Source of the DNA: Escherichia phage kaaroe
DNA length: 64,000 nt
Direction: 5' to 3' (one strand)
Sequence record: MN850574.1
This document shows positions 1-10,462 of this stretch, in pieces; within the stretch, counting starts at the first letter, position 1; every line of letters starts with the position of its first letter. A program made the translations under genes and the position numbers. Under the pieces are notes generated by a model, which saw only the letters and a list, made by a program, of their open reading frames with translations, ran no database searches and was not told the DNA's origin.

Positions 1-514
1 AATAACCTACATCGGCAAACTTCTGGCCTAATGTCATAACCTTAAATTCAAACTCACCGCCAGTGTACTCAAATACATCCTTTGTGTCGGTTGTATTGAT
101 TTTCCCGAAGGGTGGATTGCTGATCACCACATCGAATTTTTCGTTTGACTCAAATTCGAATACATCGCTGGTGATCCATTCTGCCTCCGGTAATAGTCTC
201 TTGCCAATACGCGCAAATTCTGGATTGAGTTCGACGCATACGATCTTTTCTGGCTTACAACGATGTAACATACAAAAAGATAAGCGACCGATCCCAGCAC
301 AAAGATCTAATACTTTTCCTGTGCAATGTGCATCGATGGTAAAATCCCATGCAAGCCCTTCTGGGGTAAAGAATGCACCTGAACCGCCTAGACCATCGCC
401 ATGATAGTTATTATAGCAAAATTCTTTTTCTTCATATGTCAATGGGCGATCTGAATTAATCAACTCCATCACCCGATCGTGTAATTTTTGTTCTTGTTTA
501 GAAAGTCGTGCCAT
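1..514 (-). CDS. DNA methyltransferase (amino-MTase, motif I before NPPF), N-terminal part; 3' end beyond window start
   Basis: Minus-strand translation from ATG at 512-514: MARLSKQEQ...VLDLCAGIGRLS (SAM motif I)...VISNPPFGK (motif IV); frame open to position 1. Confidence 0.75.
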   Translation of the reverse strand, partial: MARLSKQEQKLHDRVMELINSDRPLTYEEKEFCYNNYHGDGLGGSGAFFTPEGLAWDFTIDAHCTGKVLDLCAGIGRLSFCMLHRCKPEKIVCVELNPEFARIGKRLLPEAEWITSDVFEFESNEKFDVVISNPPFGKINTTDTKDVFEYTGGEFEFKVMTLGQKFADVGY

Positions 515-846
515 TATTTAACCTTTGCTGTGACGGTAACGCTATGTCCCAAATAAACATGAGACATAAAGAACACAAAGTTTTTAAATTGCGGATTCTT
601 ACGAATCCATCGTTTCAATTTTCGAATGCAAGTTATACGATGGTCATAATTAGAATAACTAAATTCAATACCCTGTTTCATCATCTCGTGCATTTCTTCG
701 TATGTGTGCCATTGGTTATCATGTTTACAAAACCAATGAGTACCATAGAGTTTAGGATCTTGTGCACGTAGACCATAGTAATGCTTTTGCATTGGGAACT
801 TAGCTTTATTCATTGTGTAATGCAATTTAATATTTACGCGTGCCAT
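514..846 (-). CDS. hypothetical protein (110 aa)
   Basis: ORF downstream of minus-strand early promoter; stop overlaps MTase start (TAATG); no recognised motif. Confidence 0.5.
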   Translation of the reverse strand: MARVNIKLHYTMNKAKFPMQKHYYGLRAQDPKLYGTHWFCKHDNQWHTYEEMHEMMKQGIEFSYSNYDHRITCIRKLKRWIRKNPQFKNFVFFMSHVYLGHSVTVTAKVK

Positions 847-1091
847 TTTCTAGTTCCCCACATACCGAAAGTTGGATTATACACAAAATAGATAGCTTCG
901 TCGATAGTCTTGAATCGTTTAGTGTCATTCATGAAGTTGATACCCTCCCATAGTTCATCGGTGTAATCGGCTAGTGATGAATGAGTATGATCGATGATCT
1001 CTCCAATCTTTTCACCGTTCGCGATCACATCCCAACCGCAAGGGGATACCTGAATTGCTTCACAATTATCTGTAAATTTACGACGTGCCAT
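834..1091 (-). CDS. hypothetical protein (85 aa)
   Basis: ORF with GGAGG RBS 7 nt upstream on minus strand; first gene after promoter at 1121-1149. Confidence 0.5.
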   Translation of the reverse strand: MARRKFTDNCEAIQVSPCGWDVIANGEKIGEIIDHTHSSLADYTDELWEGINFMNDTKRFKTIDEAIYFVYNPTFGMWGTRKWHA

Positions 1092-1120
1092 AATTTATCC
1101 TCCGTTGTTTAGATGTGAGC

Positions 1121-1149
1121 ATTATACCTTTACCAGATAAGACTGTCAA
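1121..1149 (-). promoter_or_regulatory. sigma70-type early promoter (TTGACA-17-TATAAT) reading leftward
   Basis: Plus-strand tgtcaa 1144-1149 and attata 1121-1126 (minus-strand TTGACA/TATAAT), 17-nt spacer, 29 nt upstream of ATG at 1091. Confidence 0.55.
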
Positions 1150-1155
1150 TACCCA

Positions 1156-1190
1156 AAATAGAAAAAGCCAACTCTCTCGAATTGGCTTTT
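1156..1190 (-). terminator. intrinsic terminator hairpin downstream of gp8 (T-runs on both strands)
   Basis: agccaa-ctctctcga-ttggct stem-loop 1166-1187 flanked by A-run/T-run. Confidence 0.55.
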
Positions 1191-1201
1191 AAATCATACA
1201 C

Positions 1202-2197
1202 TTAGAACTCAAACAATACAGAAACAAGTTCTGTTTGATCTAATGACCGAACGATAGGTTGTCGGTTTTCCATGTAGATCATTTCGCCTGAGTGTGGCTC
1301 TAAGTCTTGCGGTCGGTACTTATCTTTGACCGCTTTAACGTCTGGATCGCTAGGGCGTGCTTTCTTTTCCAATGGGTTAAGGATAATGCTTAACTGACGG
1401 AAACCAGTATTACCCACTAACGCGGTAGTTGGGAATTGCGCAGAGTCCATATAAGCCTGAAAACGCAAAGTTACTACTTTCAGCCGATAAAGCAGATTAT
1501 AGTCATTATACCAGGTGATCACATTGTCATAACCCCAACGCGCCGGATCTTGTCGCAGTTCATCGGGGAACGGTACAACAATATGTTCATTGGTGCAACG
1601 GTTGATCGCCGCATCAGGTGGAATTGTGTACAGATATTCCCAACGATACCCATCACCCATATCAATAGAATCGCCCTTTCCTACAGGTGGCGCAATTGAT
1701 TCATGAGTGGGGGTCCACTTTCCGCCCAACTTCAAACACTCTACTTTAGCGTCAATGCTTGAAATCGAGCAGTAACCGCGATCAGGAACATCGGTTACGC
1801 GATACACCATCCAGCCGCTACCAACATCAGTTCTGTTATATGGTGCTGAGTTGACAACAACAATGTCATTGATAAAGAATGTGCGCGGGTTATCCTGTCC
1901 GGTATCACCCCAATCTTTACGAGGGATAACCGCATCAAGAAGTGATTTGTTAATCTTAACCGCCCCCATCATATGGGTCCACATGTCAACAACACCAGCC
2001 GTTGAATCGGTCGGATAAGGTGGGGCAAAGCCCACCTCTTTTTCGTTTTCTGACCACGGCTCCGAACGTCCAAACGTTCCATAAATTGTAATTTGATTTG
2101 CCTCATCGCCTACAGAATTATAGAAATTCAGAAGTTTTTCCGTTCTGAATTTACTAGTAATGATTGAGCGATAGATCACACTATTTTCATTAGCCAT
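1202..2197 (-). CDS. 8: baseplate wedge protein gp8
   Basis: 331 aa; strong similarity along length to remembered T4 gp8 (e.g. SKFRTEKLLNFYNS, GRSEPWSENEKEVGFAPPYPTDS, HSGEMIYMENR). Confidence 0.9.
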   Translation of the reverse strand: MANENSVIYRSIITSKFRTEKLLNFYNSVGDEANQITIYGTFGRSEPWSENEKEVGFAPPYPTDSTAGVVDMWTHMMGAVKINKSLLDAVIPRKDWGDTGQDNPRTFFINDIVVVNSAPYNRTDVGSGWMVYRVTDVPDRGYCSISSIDAKVECLKLGGKWTPTHESIAPPVGKGDSIDMGDGYRWEYLYTIPPDAAINRCTNEHIVVPFPDELRQDPARWGYDNVITWYNDYNLLYRLKVVTLRFQAYMDSAQFPTTALVGNTGFRQLSIILNPLEKKARPSDPDVKAVKDKYRPQDLEPHSGEMIYMENRQPIVRSLDQTELVSVLFEF

Positions 2198-5100
2198 TAA
2201 TTTTCCTCTGTGTCGGATTCTTCGGATCGCGTGGATTCCCTATATTATCCTTCAACCGTTTATCTACAAGTTCACGGAACATAGAGAATGTTACCGCCGA
2301 CTGGTCAAACAGTGGACTCATTGCAAATCTTCGTTCGCTTGCTTTAAGTCCGTGGAACAATTCGCTGTTCTCCTGATCATATTCAGGAGGAACCGGAAAT
2401 TCTTCACCAATTAAAGGTGAAGTCAAATATAATGCTTTTCCGGTAAGCGGGTCTTTCTTAATGTTTCCGTCAACGTCAAGGTCTGCCACCCGATCAGGAT
2501 ACACGCTAGGCAATCCGCTGTCAAACTTATAATTTTTCAGAGATTGAATTATAGTCTCGGTGTGCTTCATGCTTAACCCGCTGTTAATGAACATTGTAAG
2601 CAGGGTAACACCGATAAACCCAAAGCCGACAGGATGAACGAATCGCATTACATCATTTGCATAGCGCGAAACTGGCAATGCACTTTTAATCTTCATGGTG
2701 TATTGGCTTCGTGAGCGGTTGATATAGTCGATTGAACTACTCAACAACTCTTTACCACGTACACCAACAAGGATCATCCCTTCAAACGCTGTTTTCTCTG
2801 ATTTGATCACTTGACCTTCTTCGAACCGCCCGATCAGGTTATGAATGGTTACTCGCCAGCGTAGGAGACCACCTTCATATTCCCTTTCAAGATACGTCAC
2901 GTTAGCCCGTCCGGTTGGAGTATAAATCGTGCGACCTACGATATCCTCGTCAATGTTCGTTGAACTAACAACAATATCATACTCTAGTCCGGCTTGTGAT
3001 TCAACCTCAATTTCCACATCTTCATTATAAAGTAACTTAAACAAGAACTTATAAGAAGCCTCCACGCCCTTAGTGGAATAAAAATCTGATTTGCGGGATT
3101 CAAAGAATCTTACTACCGCATCTCGCTTGTTTTTATCTGCATAGATGTTTCGTTTGTTCATCTCTGACCAAAGATACTCATATGCATCTTTCTCGCGTGG
3201 ATATTTGTTTTTAATCAGATTTTTTAGTTTATTATAATATGTTCCTGAACCATCGCTTAAGAATTGCAGATAATATTCAGAGAATTTTCTGAAATTTTCG
3301 TTCTCAAGTAAAAAGCTATCAGGGGTCATCTTATTCAGTAAAGGCCGCAAATCTGGATCTTGCTCTCGATCGTAGTGAACCGGAACCCAGGGAACCTCTC
3401 GAACCTGATTTTGCAATTCAGCAACAAATGCTACATTTGTAGGTTTCCAATATACACCAACCTGATCACGAACACGATAATTAAATTGATAGAATCCTAT
3501 GATCTCTCCTGTGTTTTTATGGAACATTACACCGGATGCATATTGTTTGAATCCTTCAAATTTAACATTGTTAAGATAACAGGTCACGGTCCCTTTATCA
3601 TAAACTTCTCGGTTGACCCTATTTTGGTCAAGAATGCCAGACGTATCAACTTCTTGAGTATAGATAACCTCTGGATAAACAACCAACGGGCGATTATCAT
3701 TTGTGATCCACACACGGACACCGTTTCGACGCATCCATGTATAATCAGCCTCGTTATAATACGCTTGCGGTCCTAACTCCCAAATACGCAAATCATCATA
3801 ACTTGCTCTGAAAGTAGTTTGATGTATTTTCTTATCAGTTAGATAAGTTGGCTCCTGAGAATATTTTACAGCTTCTCCCAATTCATACTTCTCGGCAGTT
3901 TCTGGATCAGGTAAAATGCTTTCGAAGTGATGATTATAATGGCTTATGAACACCTCATCACCATTGGTTGACATATTACTGAACCCATGCTGAATATATT
4001 CCCTTTCCTGCGGAGTGTTGCCAAATACTCTCTGAAAAGACAGACCATCACTCCCTATTAAGTATACACCCGCATCATCTGACGGAACAACGTTTTCTGG
4101 TTTAGTTGGATCTTGATAACGCTGTTTAACTTCACCCGTAACAAATACAAGCAATTTACCGTCGATCACATCCATTTTCTGAATGACAGCTTTATCATTT
4201 CCTGTTACTCGGATAACATCAGGATCGAATATTTTTTCTCCAAACGTAGGCGAACCCTGTACGGTATCAACAGGAGTATTCTTAAGACGAATCCGGCGAA
4301 TAACATCTTTAGCACCAACCCACAAATAGTCATCACTACACGCCATAGCTTCGGCGTATTTTGTGGTATCACCTGTTAATCTGGAAAATACACCAAAGAC
4401 CTCAACGTCAAAGCCTAAATCGTTTTCGTCACCGACCTTTGCAAAAGTGATCGTATCATCACTAAATCGAACATCGTCCGCGCTCCATCGAGTATCGCTC
4501 GCTTGTCGTCCGTAAAAGATTCGGTCATATCCTAAAACGTAAGTAGTGGTTTTAGACTGATAAACGCATGTACGGGAAACCGGATTGCCTACACGGTCAT
4601 TAAAAGCCTTGTATGCTTTCCATGATTGGCCTTTATCATTTGACACTTTCACGATCGGCTGGAACCGTTCGAAAAGGTACAAAACACCGTTCATTTCCGC
4701 TAACATAGTGCGGTTTATATCAGTACAAACTTTTTCTATGTGGTCCTGTATTTCATGAAAGTTCTCATCAACTACAATGTAGTTTGAGATATTTGTCATG
4801 TTTGCATATTCAGGACTAAAGACAAAATCTTCCTTCATCAATGATGCTTGAATCAGGTCAGTATTAAACTTGACATACTCTCGATTATCGTATGTAAATT
4901 TTTCCTTTATAAACTCGTTTGCAAGGTTGAACTCTCGCATCATAGAAAAATTATATGCGTTTGTTTTAAATGTCTGAAACTCTTCTGTCTCAACCCATTT
5001 ACTTTGTTCAAATCCTTCTGCGGCTACTGCTACACGAAACTTGTAATAATATTCTGGAAAAAGGTTTTTATCCTCAAACCAGTTTTGTTCGGCAGTATAT

Positions 5101-5276
5101 CCCAGGTTTACCCAGCTTAACTCATCGACGGGGATGATCTCCCCGTCTCGTGTTCTGGTTTCGGCTAACTCCACAAAATAAAAGAAGTTTTCGCCTACGT
5201 CATCCCATGTGATATACGCCTGATTAGCAGACAATTTTTCTATTGTCAAGCTAGTTACACTAGGCGCTTTAATCAT
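2190..5276 (-). CDS. 7: baseplate wedge protein gp7
   Basis: 1028 aa (T4 gp7 about 1030 aa); synteny between gp6 and gp8; overlapping start/stop with neighbours. Confidence 0.85.
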   Translation of the reverse strand: MIKAPSVTSLTIEKLSANQAYITWDDVGENFFYFVELAETRTRDGEIIPVDELSWVNLGYTAEQNWFEDKNLFPEYYYKFRVAVAAEGFEQSKWVETEEFQTFKTNAYNFSMMREFNLANEFIKEKFTYDNREYVKFNTDLIQASLMKEDFVFSPEYANMTNISNYIVVDENFHEIQDHIEKVCTDINRTMLAEMNGVLYLFERFQPIVKVSNDKGQSWKAYKAFNDRVGNPVSRTCVYQSKTTTYVLGYDRIFYGRQASDTRWSADDVRFSDDTITFAKVGDENDLGFDVEVFGVFSRLTGDTTKYAEAMACSDDYLWVGAKDVIRRIRLKNTPVDTVQGSPTFGEKIFDPDVIRVTGNDKAVIQKMDVIDGKLLVFVTGEVKQRYQDPTKPENVVPSDDAGVYLIGSDGLSFQRVFGNTPQEREYIQHGFSNMSTNGDEVFISHYNHHFESILPDPETAEKYELGEAVKYSQEPTYLTDKKIHQTTFRASYDDLRIWELGPQAYYNEADYTWMRRNGVRVWITNDNRPLVVYPEVIYTQEVDTSGILDQNRVNREVYDKGTVTCYLNNVKFEGFKQYASGVMFHKNTGEIIGFYQFNYRVRDQVGVYWKPTNVAFVAELQNQVREVPWVPVHYDREQDPDLRPLLNKMTPDSFLLENENFRKFSEYYLQFLSDGSGTYYNKLKNLIKNKYPREKDAYEYLWSEMNKRNIYADKNKRDAVVRFFESRKSDFYSTKGVEASYKFLFKLLYNEDVEIEVESQAGLEYDIVVSSTNIDEDIVGRTIYTPTGRANVTYLEREYEGGLLRWRVTIHNLIGRFEEGQVIKSEKTAFEGMILVGVRGKELLSSSIDYINRSRSQYTMKIKSALPVSRYANDVMRFVHPVGFGFIGVTLLTMFINSGLSMKHTETIIQSLKNYKFDSGLPSVYPDRVADLDVDGNIKKDPLTGKALYLTSPLIGEEFPVPPEYDQENSELFHGLKASERRFAMSPLFDQSAVTFSMFRELVDKRLKDNIGNPRDPKNPTQRKING

Positions 5277-7177
5277 TGAGCAATTGCCTCCAGACTAATA
5301 GTTGTGTACTGAGGACGGAGATCGTTTTCAAACACGATCAAAGAACCGTCTTTAGTAAAGATGTTATCAGCAATCGGTTTAGCTGTCAACTCAATATATG
5401 AACCAGTAAAGCGATCGCTATTGATATTCAGTTTACCCAGATCCCATGAAATAAGGTCGTCATAATGCTGAACCTCTCCAACCTCAAAGTATAGGTCCGC
5501 CCCGTCAATAACCTCTTTATCAAAATCAGTGCCGGAATAGTGCGGTAAAGCGATTGTAGAATCAACAGGGAAAGGTCCAACCAGCAATTTAGCTAAACCG
5601 GATTCTTTGTTCATTTCTGTACTTACATAATGGATTGGATATTGCTTGTCGTCCTTTTCGAAGTTGAATGAACTAGACTTGATTCCGCTCTTATACTGGT
5701 TTAAAAACTTGATTCCAGCCATCGGTGCTTTATAGAAGTTGTCGATCTCTCGCACCATCTCGATTTCTGCACTAGAACCTATCACAGATACATCAGCTTT
5801 GTCAATACGCGCAAGCATTTTAGACTTACTAAAGGTCTGGTTAAAAATTTCCACTTCGTCGGTATAATATGCATCAATCTGATCAATAACCGCACCGCGC
5901 AACCACTGCTCTGATTCTGACAAGTCGTTGATTGAATAGGAAACTTTAATATTCTGTTTAATATACAGATAGTTAGGGTCAATGATGCTCGGCGTGATAG
6001 GGGCAAGGTTATATTTTGCCAGATAATCCCGCATATCTTCTTTTTGAACGGTTGTCAAGCGCAAGCCAGATTTAGGCTTAACAGCAACAAAAGCATAACC
6101 CGGTTTTTCTCGGTCGGTGAAACATTGTACCGCCTGAACAATACTACCAAAACGGCTAGACACAAAAGCCTCATAGTCGGAAGCAGTCACACAACGACGC
6201 TGAGATTCACGCATTACCGGAGCAAGTTCACGGATACGTTCGATTGATTCAGGATCACCACCACCATCTGCACCGACATAATCACGATCATTTGTCGGAT
6301 TCTCAATAATTTTAACAATAGAAATTGATGCCAATGTATCCGCGTATGTGAAATTAACTGAACCGTTTGCTTCCGCGCCTTTAGTGCTGATATATTCGAT
6401 AACAATATTAGCACCAGTTGACGGCTTAAGTCCACCAATATAATTTGCTTCCAGTGCACCGCCAGCGGCAGATAAAGTTGATTCACCCTCACCAAAGAAA
6501 ATTTCAGTATGTCCGTCTACGGTTTCACGCATATAGAAAATATTACTAGCGCCAGTTGCATTAACAATACTTTCTCGCGTCCAGTCTTTCCATTCAGCAC
6601 CATCTACCCACAACTTAACCTGAGCGCGGTCAATATCAGGATCGCGGATCAGAATTTGTTTCTTCGGATCAAATAACATTTCTGTACGAACAATACGACC
6701 TTGTGCGACTTTAAGCATAGGCGTATATAAACCATTTGAACCTAAAACGCTCACAACGTCTTCTGTAGTCACAAACGGGTAAGAAGTCTGGCGATCCACA
6801 CTTGCAATAAATTTAGTTCCTCGTGGGATTCGAATACTTGCCGGATTTCGCGGATGTGTTACGTGCAACATAATTGTAGTCGATGCACTAGTTTTACTTG
6901 CTGGCAAATATCCTAAATCTTGCGCGGCTTGAACAACTGAACTACGCTTAATTGCCGTTCTGATAAAAGATTCATATAGCGCGGCGTTAGCGAATTGCTG
7001 AATATACAGAGTGTTATATGCGAGCAAGTCCATCAATACGTTAATACCAGCACCATTAAAATCAAAATCTTTAAATTCTTCCTGGTTTCTCATCCAGTCT
7101 GTTAATGCGCTTTTAATTTCATCGAATGTAGCAGCATTAAAAATATCAGGAATTTGTGTAATCTTTTGCTTTGTCAT
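5273..7177 (-). CDS. 6: baseplate wedge protein gp6
   Basis: 634 aa; N-terminus [21 protein letters not shown] and C-terminus [15 protein letters not shown] match remembered T4 gp6. Confidence 0.9.
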   Translation of the reverse strand: MTKQKITQIPDIFNAATFDEIKSALTDWMRNQEEFKDFDFNGAGINVLMDLLAYNTLYIQQFANAALYESFIRTAIKRSSVVQAAQDLGYLPASKTSASTTIMLHVTHPRNPASIRIPRGTKFIASVDRQTSYPFVTTEDVVSVLGSNGLYTPMLKVAQGRIVRTEMLFDPKKQILIRDPDIDRAQVKLWVDGAEWKDWTRESIVNATGASNIFYMRETVDGHTEIFFGEGESTLSAAGGALEANYIGGLKPSTGANIVIEYISTKGAEANGSVNFTYADTLASISIVKIIENPTNDRDYVGADGGGDPESIERIRELAPVMRESQRRCVTASDYEAFVSSRFGSIVQAVQCFTDREKPGYAFVAVKPKSGLRLTTVQKEDMRDYLAKYNLAPITPSIIDPNYLYIKQNIKVSYSINDLSESEQWLRGAVIDQIDAYYTDEVEIFNQTFSKSKMLARIDKADVSVIGSSAEIEMVREIDNFYKAPMAGIKFLNQYKSGIKSSSFNFEKDDKQYPIHYVSTEMNKESGLAKLLVGPFPVDSTIALPHYSGTDFDKEVIDGADLYFEVGEVQHYDDLISWDLGKLNINSDRFTGSYIELTAKPIADNIFTKDGSLIVFENDLRPQYTTISLEAIAQ

Positions 7178-7467
7178 TTTATGAATACCTTCGGTGATGC
7201 CATAGCGACGGTATCGCCACAGCTAATACGATCTGCCATTTGAATTGCTTTCTTTCCGGTAACAAATACTTTCGGGGTACTGGCGACCGTAGTTCCCCCG
7301 TGTGTATCATAAGGCTTTGTTGTTTTTGTATGTGGTGTAATTGGGTCTCCTTCGACTAATACAGGGATACCCTCAACAAATACCTTAGATTGAGTTGCAT
7401 TAATTACCGTAGGTGGGTAGTTTCCGTGCCCTGTAGTTTTAGCTTTATCGTAGGATAATCCAGCCAT
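7174..7467 (-). CDS. 5.4: PAAR-repeat spike tip protein (gp5.4-like)
   Basis: 97 aa; repeated VFV.G.P..V.GD and SCGD motifs typical of PAAR domain; immediately upstream of gp6 as in T4. Confidence 0.7.
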   Translation of the reverse strand: MAGLSYDKAKTTGHGNYPPTVINATQSKVFVEGIPVLVEGDPITPHTKTTKPYDTHGGTTVASTPKVFVTGKKAIQMADRISCGDTVAMASPKVFIK

Positions 7468-8033
7468 TAAACACCCCTATGTACATAATCTCTTAGTTGC
7501 TGCGCCCACTCATCCCAATTTCCAAAAACGGTTTGAGTATAAACTTTCTCTATTGTGTGTTCGGTTACTACCGGAGGCGGATTAGTTTCACCAGCACCCT
7601 CTCGGCTATTGGAACCACCACTATTTCCTTCACCAGAACCACCAGAAGACTCTGAAACAGATTGGATATAGGTTAGGGTGACTTTATAAGTATAAACCTC
7701 CTGTAGACGTGTAGGAGCGTTAAAATAATATAGATCTGCGGTAGTTGGATCTGGTAAATCATCAAAACTTCCGGCAGATTTTTTAATTCGATCTTTCGTT
7801 ATATATTTAAGAGAATCCGCGCCAAGCGAAAAACTATCCCGATACTCACCAGATATTTTAGTTTCTTCAACGGTAACGCCCTTATTAGGGCGATACTCGC
7901 TGATCTTAAACTCTTTAATCGTGTATGTGGTATTTGCATCCGGTGGCGTTGCTTTATAAGAGAACACCACCTCAAAGATTTCTCGCTCGCTGATATCCTC
8001 CAATTTTGAACTCATCGGAAGAATTTCAACCAT
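7467..8033 (-). CDS. hypothetical protein in gp5-gp6 interval (positional equivalent of T4 5.1-5.3)
   Basis: 188 aa ORF, Gly/Ser-rich C-terminal segment; co-oriented within late operon. Confidence 0.5.
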   Translation of the reverse strand: MVEILPMSSKLEDISEREIFEVVFSYKATPPDANTTYTIKEFKISEYRPNKGVTVEETKISGEYRDSFSLGADSLKYITKDRIKKSAGSFDDLPDPTTADLYYFNAPTRLQEVYTYKVTLTYIQSVSESSGGSGEGNSGGSNSREGAGETNPPPVVTEHTIEKVYTQTVFGNWDEWAQQLRDYVHRGV

Positions 8034-8041
8034 TAGTTACC

Positions 8042-9841
8042 TCACCCAAGATCAATACGGCTACCATCAATTTTAACTGTACCAGATGCAATATCTTTAA
8101 CGCTTGCACCACAATTACGGGACCAGTCACCATTAACCTGATCTGATTTAGTGCCATTGACGGTCATATTAAAATTACCCTCAACGGTTAAATCATAGTT
8201 ACCTTTAATTGTTTCGGTAGTGTTGCCCTCGATCATTAATTCAGCATTACCCTTGACATTAGCCGTTAAATTAGCGTCAAGTTGAGCGGTAACATCACCT
8301 ACAACATGCATATTAGCTGTACCCTCAACGGTCTGATTAACATTACCACGAATAAATTCCGTGACGTTACCATCAACGGTTTGCATCACATTACCCATAT
8401 AATAAACTTGCGCGTCACCTTCAACAACAACTTGCAAATTACCCTTAACGTTTACTTTCCGGCCTTGTTTAACGATCAGATAATCATCGCCTTCAATCTT
8501 TTCTACCCTCGTTCCGTCCGGTCTGGTTTCTTCAAATGTACCAGAAGGATGTTTGCGATGATATCGCTCATGAGAAGGAGTATCATCAATCTCGATAATA
8601 TGACCGCTCTCTGACTCGTACACATGGTTATAAGGATACCTCGCAGAATACGAACTCTTAGGCTCTTTAAACATGATTCGTGTGTCTTGTGGGGTAAACG
8701 GTGCTTCTGGGTCTTCTTCTGCTCTCTGCGTCTTATAGGCAGCAATACGGGCATTTCTCAAACGTGCTCGCGGATCATCCGAAATTGATTCCTCTTTCTT
8801 TGGAGCAATTACGCCATATGATTCTAAGTTACCAGTTAAAATAATTTTAGAAACACGGCTGGAGCGTCCTGGAGTTTGGTTAGCCCATACCGATTGACGT
8901 AATCCATCATAGGCTTGTTTCCATTCTTCCGCTAACATCGCAGCAAGACTATTCTTAAATTTACCCAATCCTCCAACACCCATTTGAAACGCCATATTTT
9001 CTAATGCCATACGACGTGAGGCATTACATTTATTATAGACAGGTGCAATTCGTGGATGTTTGCGCATATCACGACGAGTCTTTTCTATATCGTCAGCAAA
9101 TACTTTACTAACTTCTTCGGCGGTAAGTCTTCCGTTTGTAACTTCACGCCCTACCAGCTTAGAAAGTTCATTATTGATAATACCAAGATCACTGGTTTTC
9201 TTATAAATGATCAAATGCCCGATGCCTATTGTCGGATATCCTTCTGAATCAAGATACCATTTCTCGCGATATCCCTCATCGCCCCGCAGCATTTTTTCTA
9301 TTGTAAAATCAGGATTATCATCAACCGGAATTTGGTCTAATGGCTCGTCGTCTGGATTTACTGCAACTCCAGTGTTTTCATCTCGAATATAGACACTATC
9401 AGGTTTTGTTGTTTGTCCGGTTTCTGGGTTAATACCGCCACGAGCAAGAATATTAACATCATTACCAATATAACGAGGATATGCACCAGAAGGGTCGCAA
9501 AAACCTTCTGTAGTGAGTGGTTTCTCTGTATATTGTCCGGCAATAGTACCCAGAATAACGCAGTTTAAATAACGTTCATCTAAAGCCAAACCAAATACCA
9601 TTGAACCTTCAACAATACCAGTAGGGCTTTGACCTATACCGGAGATCGCCGCGCTTGTAATATCTTGTATTGGCGTAATCCATAATAGATCTTCTGTTGG
9701 AAGACCTTGAATGTCACCGTGCGCGGATAGCGAGGGATGTATACCATGAATCCTAACCTGAACACGCCCCAGCATTAATGGGTCTTCCCTGTTTTCTACA
9801 ATTCCGGTAAACCATTTAACGGAGTTATTAAACATTAGCAT
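8042..9841 (-). CDS. 5: baseplate hub/central spike with tail lysozyme domain gp5
   Basis: 599 aa; N-term NNSVKWFTGIVE like T4 gp5; lysozyme motif DSEGYPTIGIGH; C-terminal VxGxxxxx beta-helix repeats. Confidence 0.9.
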   Translation of the reverse strand: MLMFNNSVKWFTGIVENREDPLMLGRVQVRIHGIHPSLSAHGDIQGLPTEDLLWITPIQDITSAAISGIGQSPTGIVEGSMVFGLALDERYLNCVILGTIAGQYTEKPLTTEGFCDPSGAYPRYIGNDVNILARGGINPETGQTTKPDSVYIRDENTGVAVNPDDEPLDQIPVDDNPDFTIEKMLRGDEGYREKWYLDSEGYPTIGIGHLIIYKKTSDLGIINNELSKLVGREVTNGRLTAEEVSKVFADDIEKTRRDMRKHPRIAPVYNKCNASRRMALENMAFQMGVGGLGKFKNSLAAMLAEEWKQAYDGLRQSVWANQTPGRSSRVSKIILTGNLESYGVIAPKKEESISDDPRARLRNARIAAYKTQRAEEDPEAPFTPQDTRIMFKEPKSSYSARYPYNHVYESESGHIIEIDDTPSHERYHRKHPSGTFEETRPDGTRVEKIEGDDYLIVKQGRKVNVKGNLQVVVEGDAQVYYMGNVMQTVDGNVTEFIRGNVNQTVEGTANMHVVGDVTAQLDANLTANVKGNAELMIEGNTTETIKGNYDLTVEGNFNMTVNGTKSDQVNGDWSRNCGASVKDIASGTVKIDGSRIDLG

Positions 9842-9852
9842 AATTAATCACC

Positions 9853-10407
9853 TTACACATCAGCCTTTTCCATTTCTCGAATGAATGCGTTAATAAATTG
9901 TTTAATTTGTGTAGGATCTATGATCTTGATCTTGCGTCGTTCCTCATTGCGGAGGATCGCATCTTCCAGTGTGTCTACTGCCGATAGTGCACCTTGAAAC
10001 TGCAAATGACGATGATGAATATCCCCTTTATCATACCAATTGCTTGATCCTTTCGGATATTCGGTAAGATTCCAATACTTGTTTCCGTCAATATCAACGT
10101 GGTATAATACTTGATTTCCTCCTACGTTTGCATATCGTTGTTCGGCTGATTCATATGCTGTCTCTTGATCGGTGATCCAGTCATGGAACGGATCGTATAC
10201 GTCATTAAGCATCAGCAAGATCCAATAAAGTTGTTGGTTTCCGTATACTTCATATGCAACTTGTTCCGGTCGTGGACTACCTTGAATGTAATATGTTTGT
10301 ATGTTATAATCGGAAATTATTGCGTTGAAATATGCGCGGTAATTGCGCACAATGTCAGTAATCATCTTGCCGTTGTATTCAATGGCAGGGAAGAAAGAAA
10401 AGAGCAT
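9853..10407 (-). CDS. 53: baseplate wedge protein gp53
   Basis: 184 aa; YYIKGSPRP, QLYWILLM, GGNQVLYHV, KIKII motifs matching remembered T4 gp53. Confidence 0.85.
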   Translation of the reverse strand: MLFSFFPAIEYNGKMITDIVRNYRAYFNAIISDYNIQTYYIQGSPRPEQVAYEVYGNQQLYWILLMLNDVYDPFHDWITDQETAYESAEQRYANVGGNQVLYHVDIDGNKYWNLTEYPKGSSNWYDKGDIHHRHLQFQGALSAVDTLEDAILRNEERRKIKIIDPTQIKQFINAFIREMEKADV

Positions 10408-10439
10408 TTTAGCACCCTCAATTGATAAATAGTATTATG

Positions 10440-10447
10440 TATTTATA
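10440..10447 (-). promoter_or_regulatory. T4-type late promoter box TATAAATA for the gp53-gp8 operon
   Basis: Exact TATAAATA on minus strand (plus-strand tatttata), 32 nt upstream of gp53 ATG. Confidence 0.5.
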
Positions 10448-10462
10448 ATAAAGGGTGCTAAA

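Noticed and set aside
63-404. Plus-strand ORF (113 aa)
   Set aside because: Lies antisense within the minus-strand methyltransferase gene, which carries clear motifs; Ser/Pro-rich translation without RBS; treated as a shadow ORF
3360-5120. Plus-strand ORFs 3360-3776, 4113-4379, 4848-5120
   Set aside because: All antisense inside gp7; hydrophobic or low-complexity translations typical of shadow frames
5782-6495. ORFs 5782-6006(-), 6044-6247(+), 6214-6495(-)
   Set aside because: Embedded in the gp6 coding region in other frames or on the opposite strand
8282-9543. ORFs overlapping gp5 on both strands
   Set aside because: gp5 has a strong homology-supported frame across the region; the alternatives lack RBS
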